64,000 nucleotides of DNA from the NCBI GenBank assembly GCA_963843145.1, contig CAWJJC010000022.1, positions 128,001 to 192,000 on the forward strand, written 5' to 3'. The notes under the pieces were generated by a model. The model saw only the letters and a list, made by a program, of their open reading frames with translations. It ran no database searches and was not told where the DNA came from. This document shows positions 63,978 to 64,000 of this stretch, piece by piece (the stretch's first letter is position 1; each line of letters begins with the position of its first letter). This stretch comes from an uncultured delta proteobacterium. Its GTDB lineage: Bacteria; Desulfobacterota; RBG-13-43-22. The translations under genes and the position numbers were made by a program.

Positions 63978-64000
63978 TGACCACCTCCAGAATGCCGGTC

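Overview
Bacterial chromosomal window. The gene content (sigma-54 systems, DsrC/TusE-like protein, TauE exporters, RRM protein, RecBCD, CheX/CheD, selenoproteins) points to a Desulfobacterota/'Deltaproteobacteria'-like anaerobe; this taxonomy is inference. 1-2.8 kb: a selenium/sulfur redox operon that the ORF track misses. It has a rhodanese-DsbD-thioredoxin fusion with two in-frame UGA codons (UxGxxU), a GcvH-like protein, a NEPxGxxU thioredoxin-fold selenoprotein and a DsrC/TusE-like protein. 2.9-12.4 kb: two TauE/SafE exporters, an orphan ABC binding protein, a sigma-54 two-component system, a USP and PEP-synthase-like fragments. 12.5-13.7 kb: a c-di-GMP-I riboswitch ahead of an exported FN3 protein, then a REP/MITE. 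15-28 kb: recC-recB-recD, a YjgR-like ATPase and ppdK. 29.6-31.9 kb: a lasso-peptide-like RiPP locus (RRE/B1, B2 peptidase, two tandem precursors with Gln-initiated cores, HPr-kinase-like enzyme) with no cyclase in the window. 32-50.5 kb: infA, an RRM protein and the dcw cluster (mraZ to ftsZ, no ddl). 50.6-64 kb: Hsp20, lytic transglycosylase, HD-GYP, HDOD kinase-like protein, motAB, MCP, CheX, PilZ proteins, TPR, fliL, cheB, cheD. Several single-base frameshifts between 12.7 and 30.7 kb are probably assembly errors. All calls come from reading motifs by eye; no searches were run.
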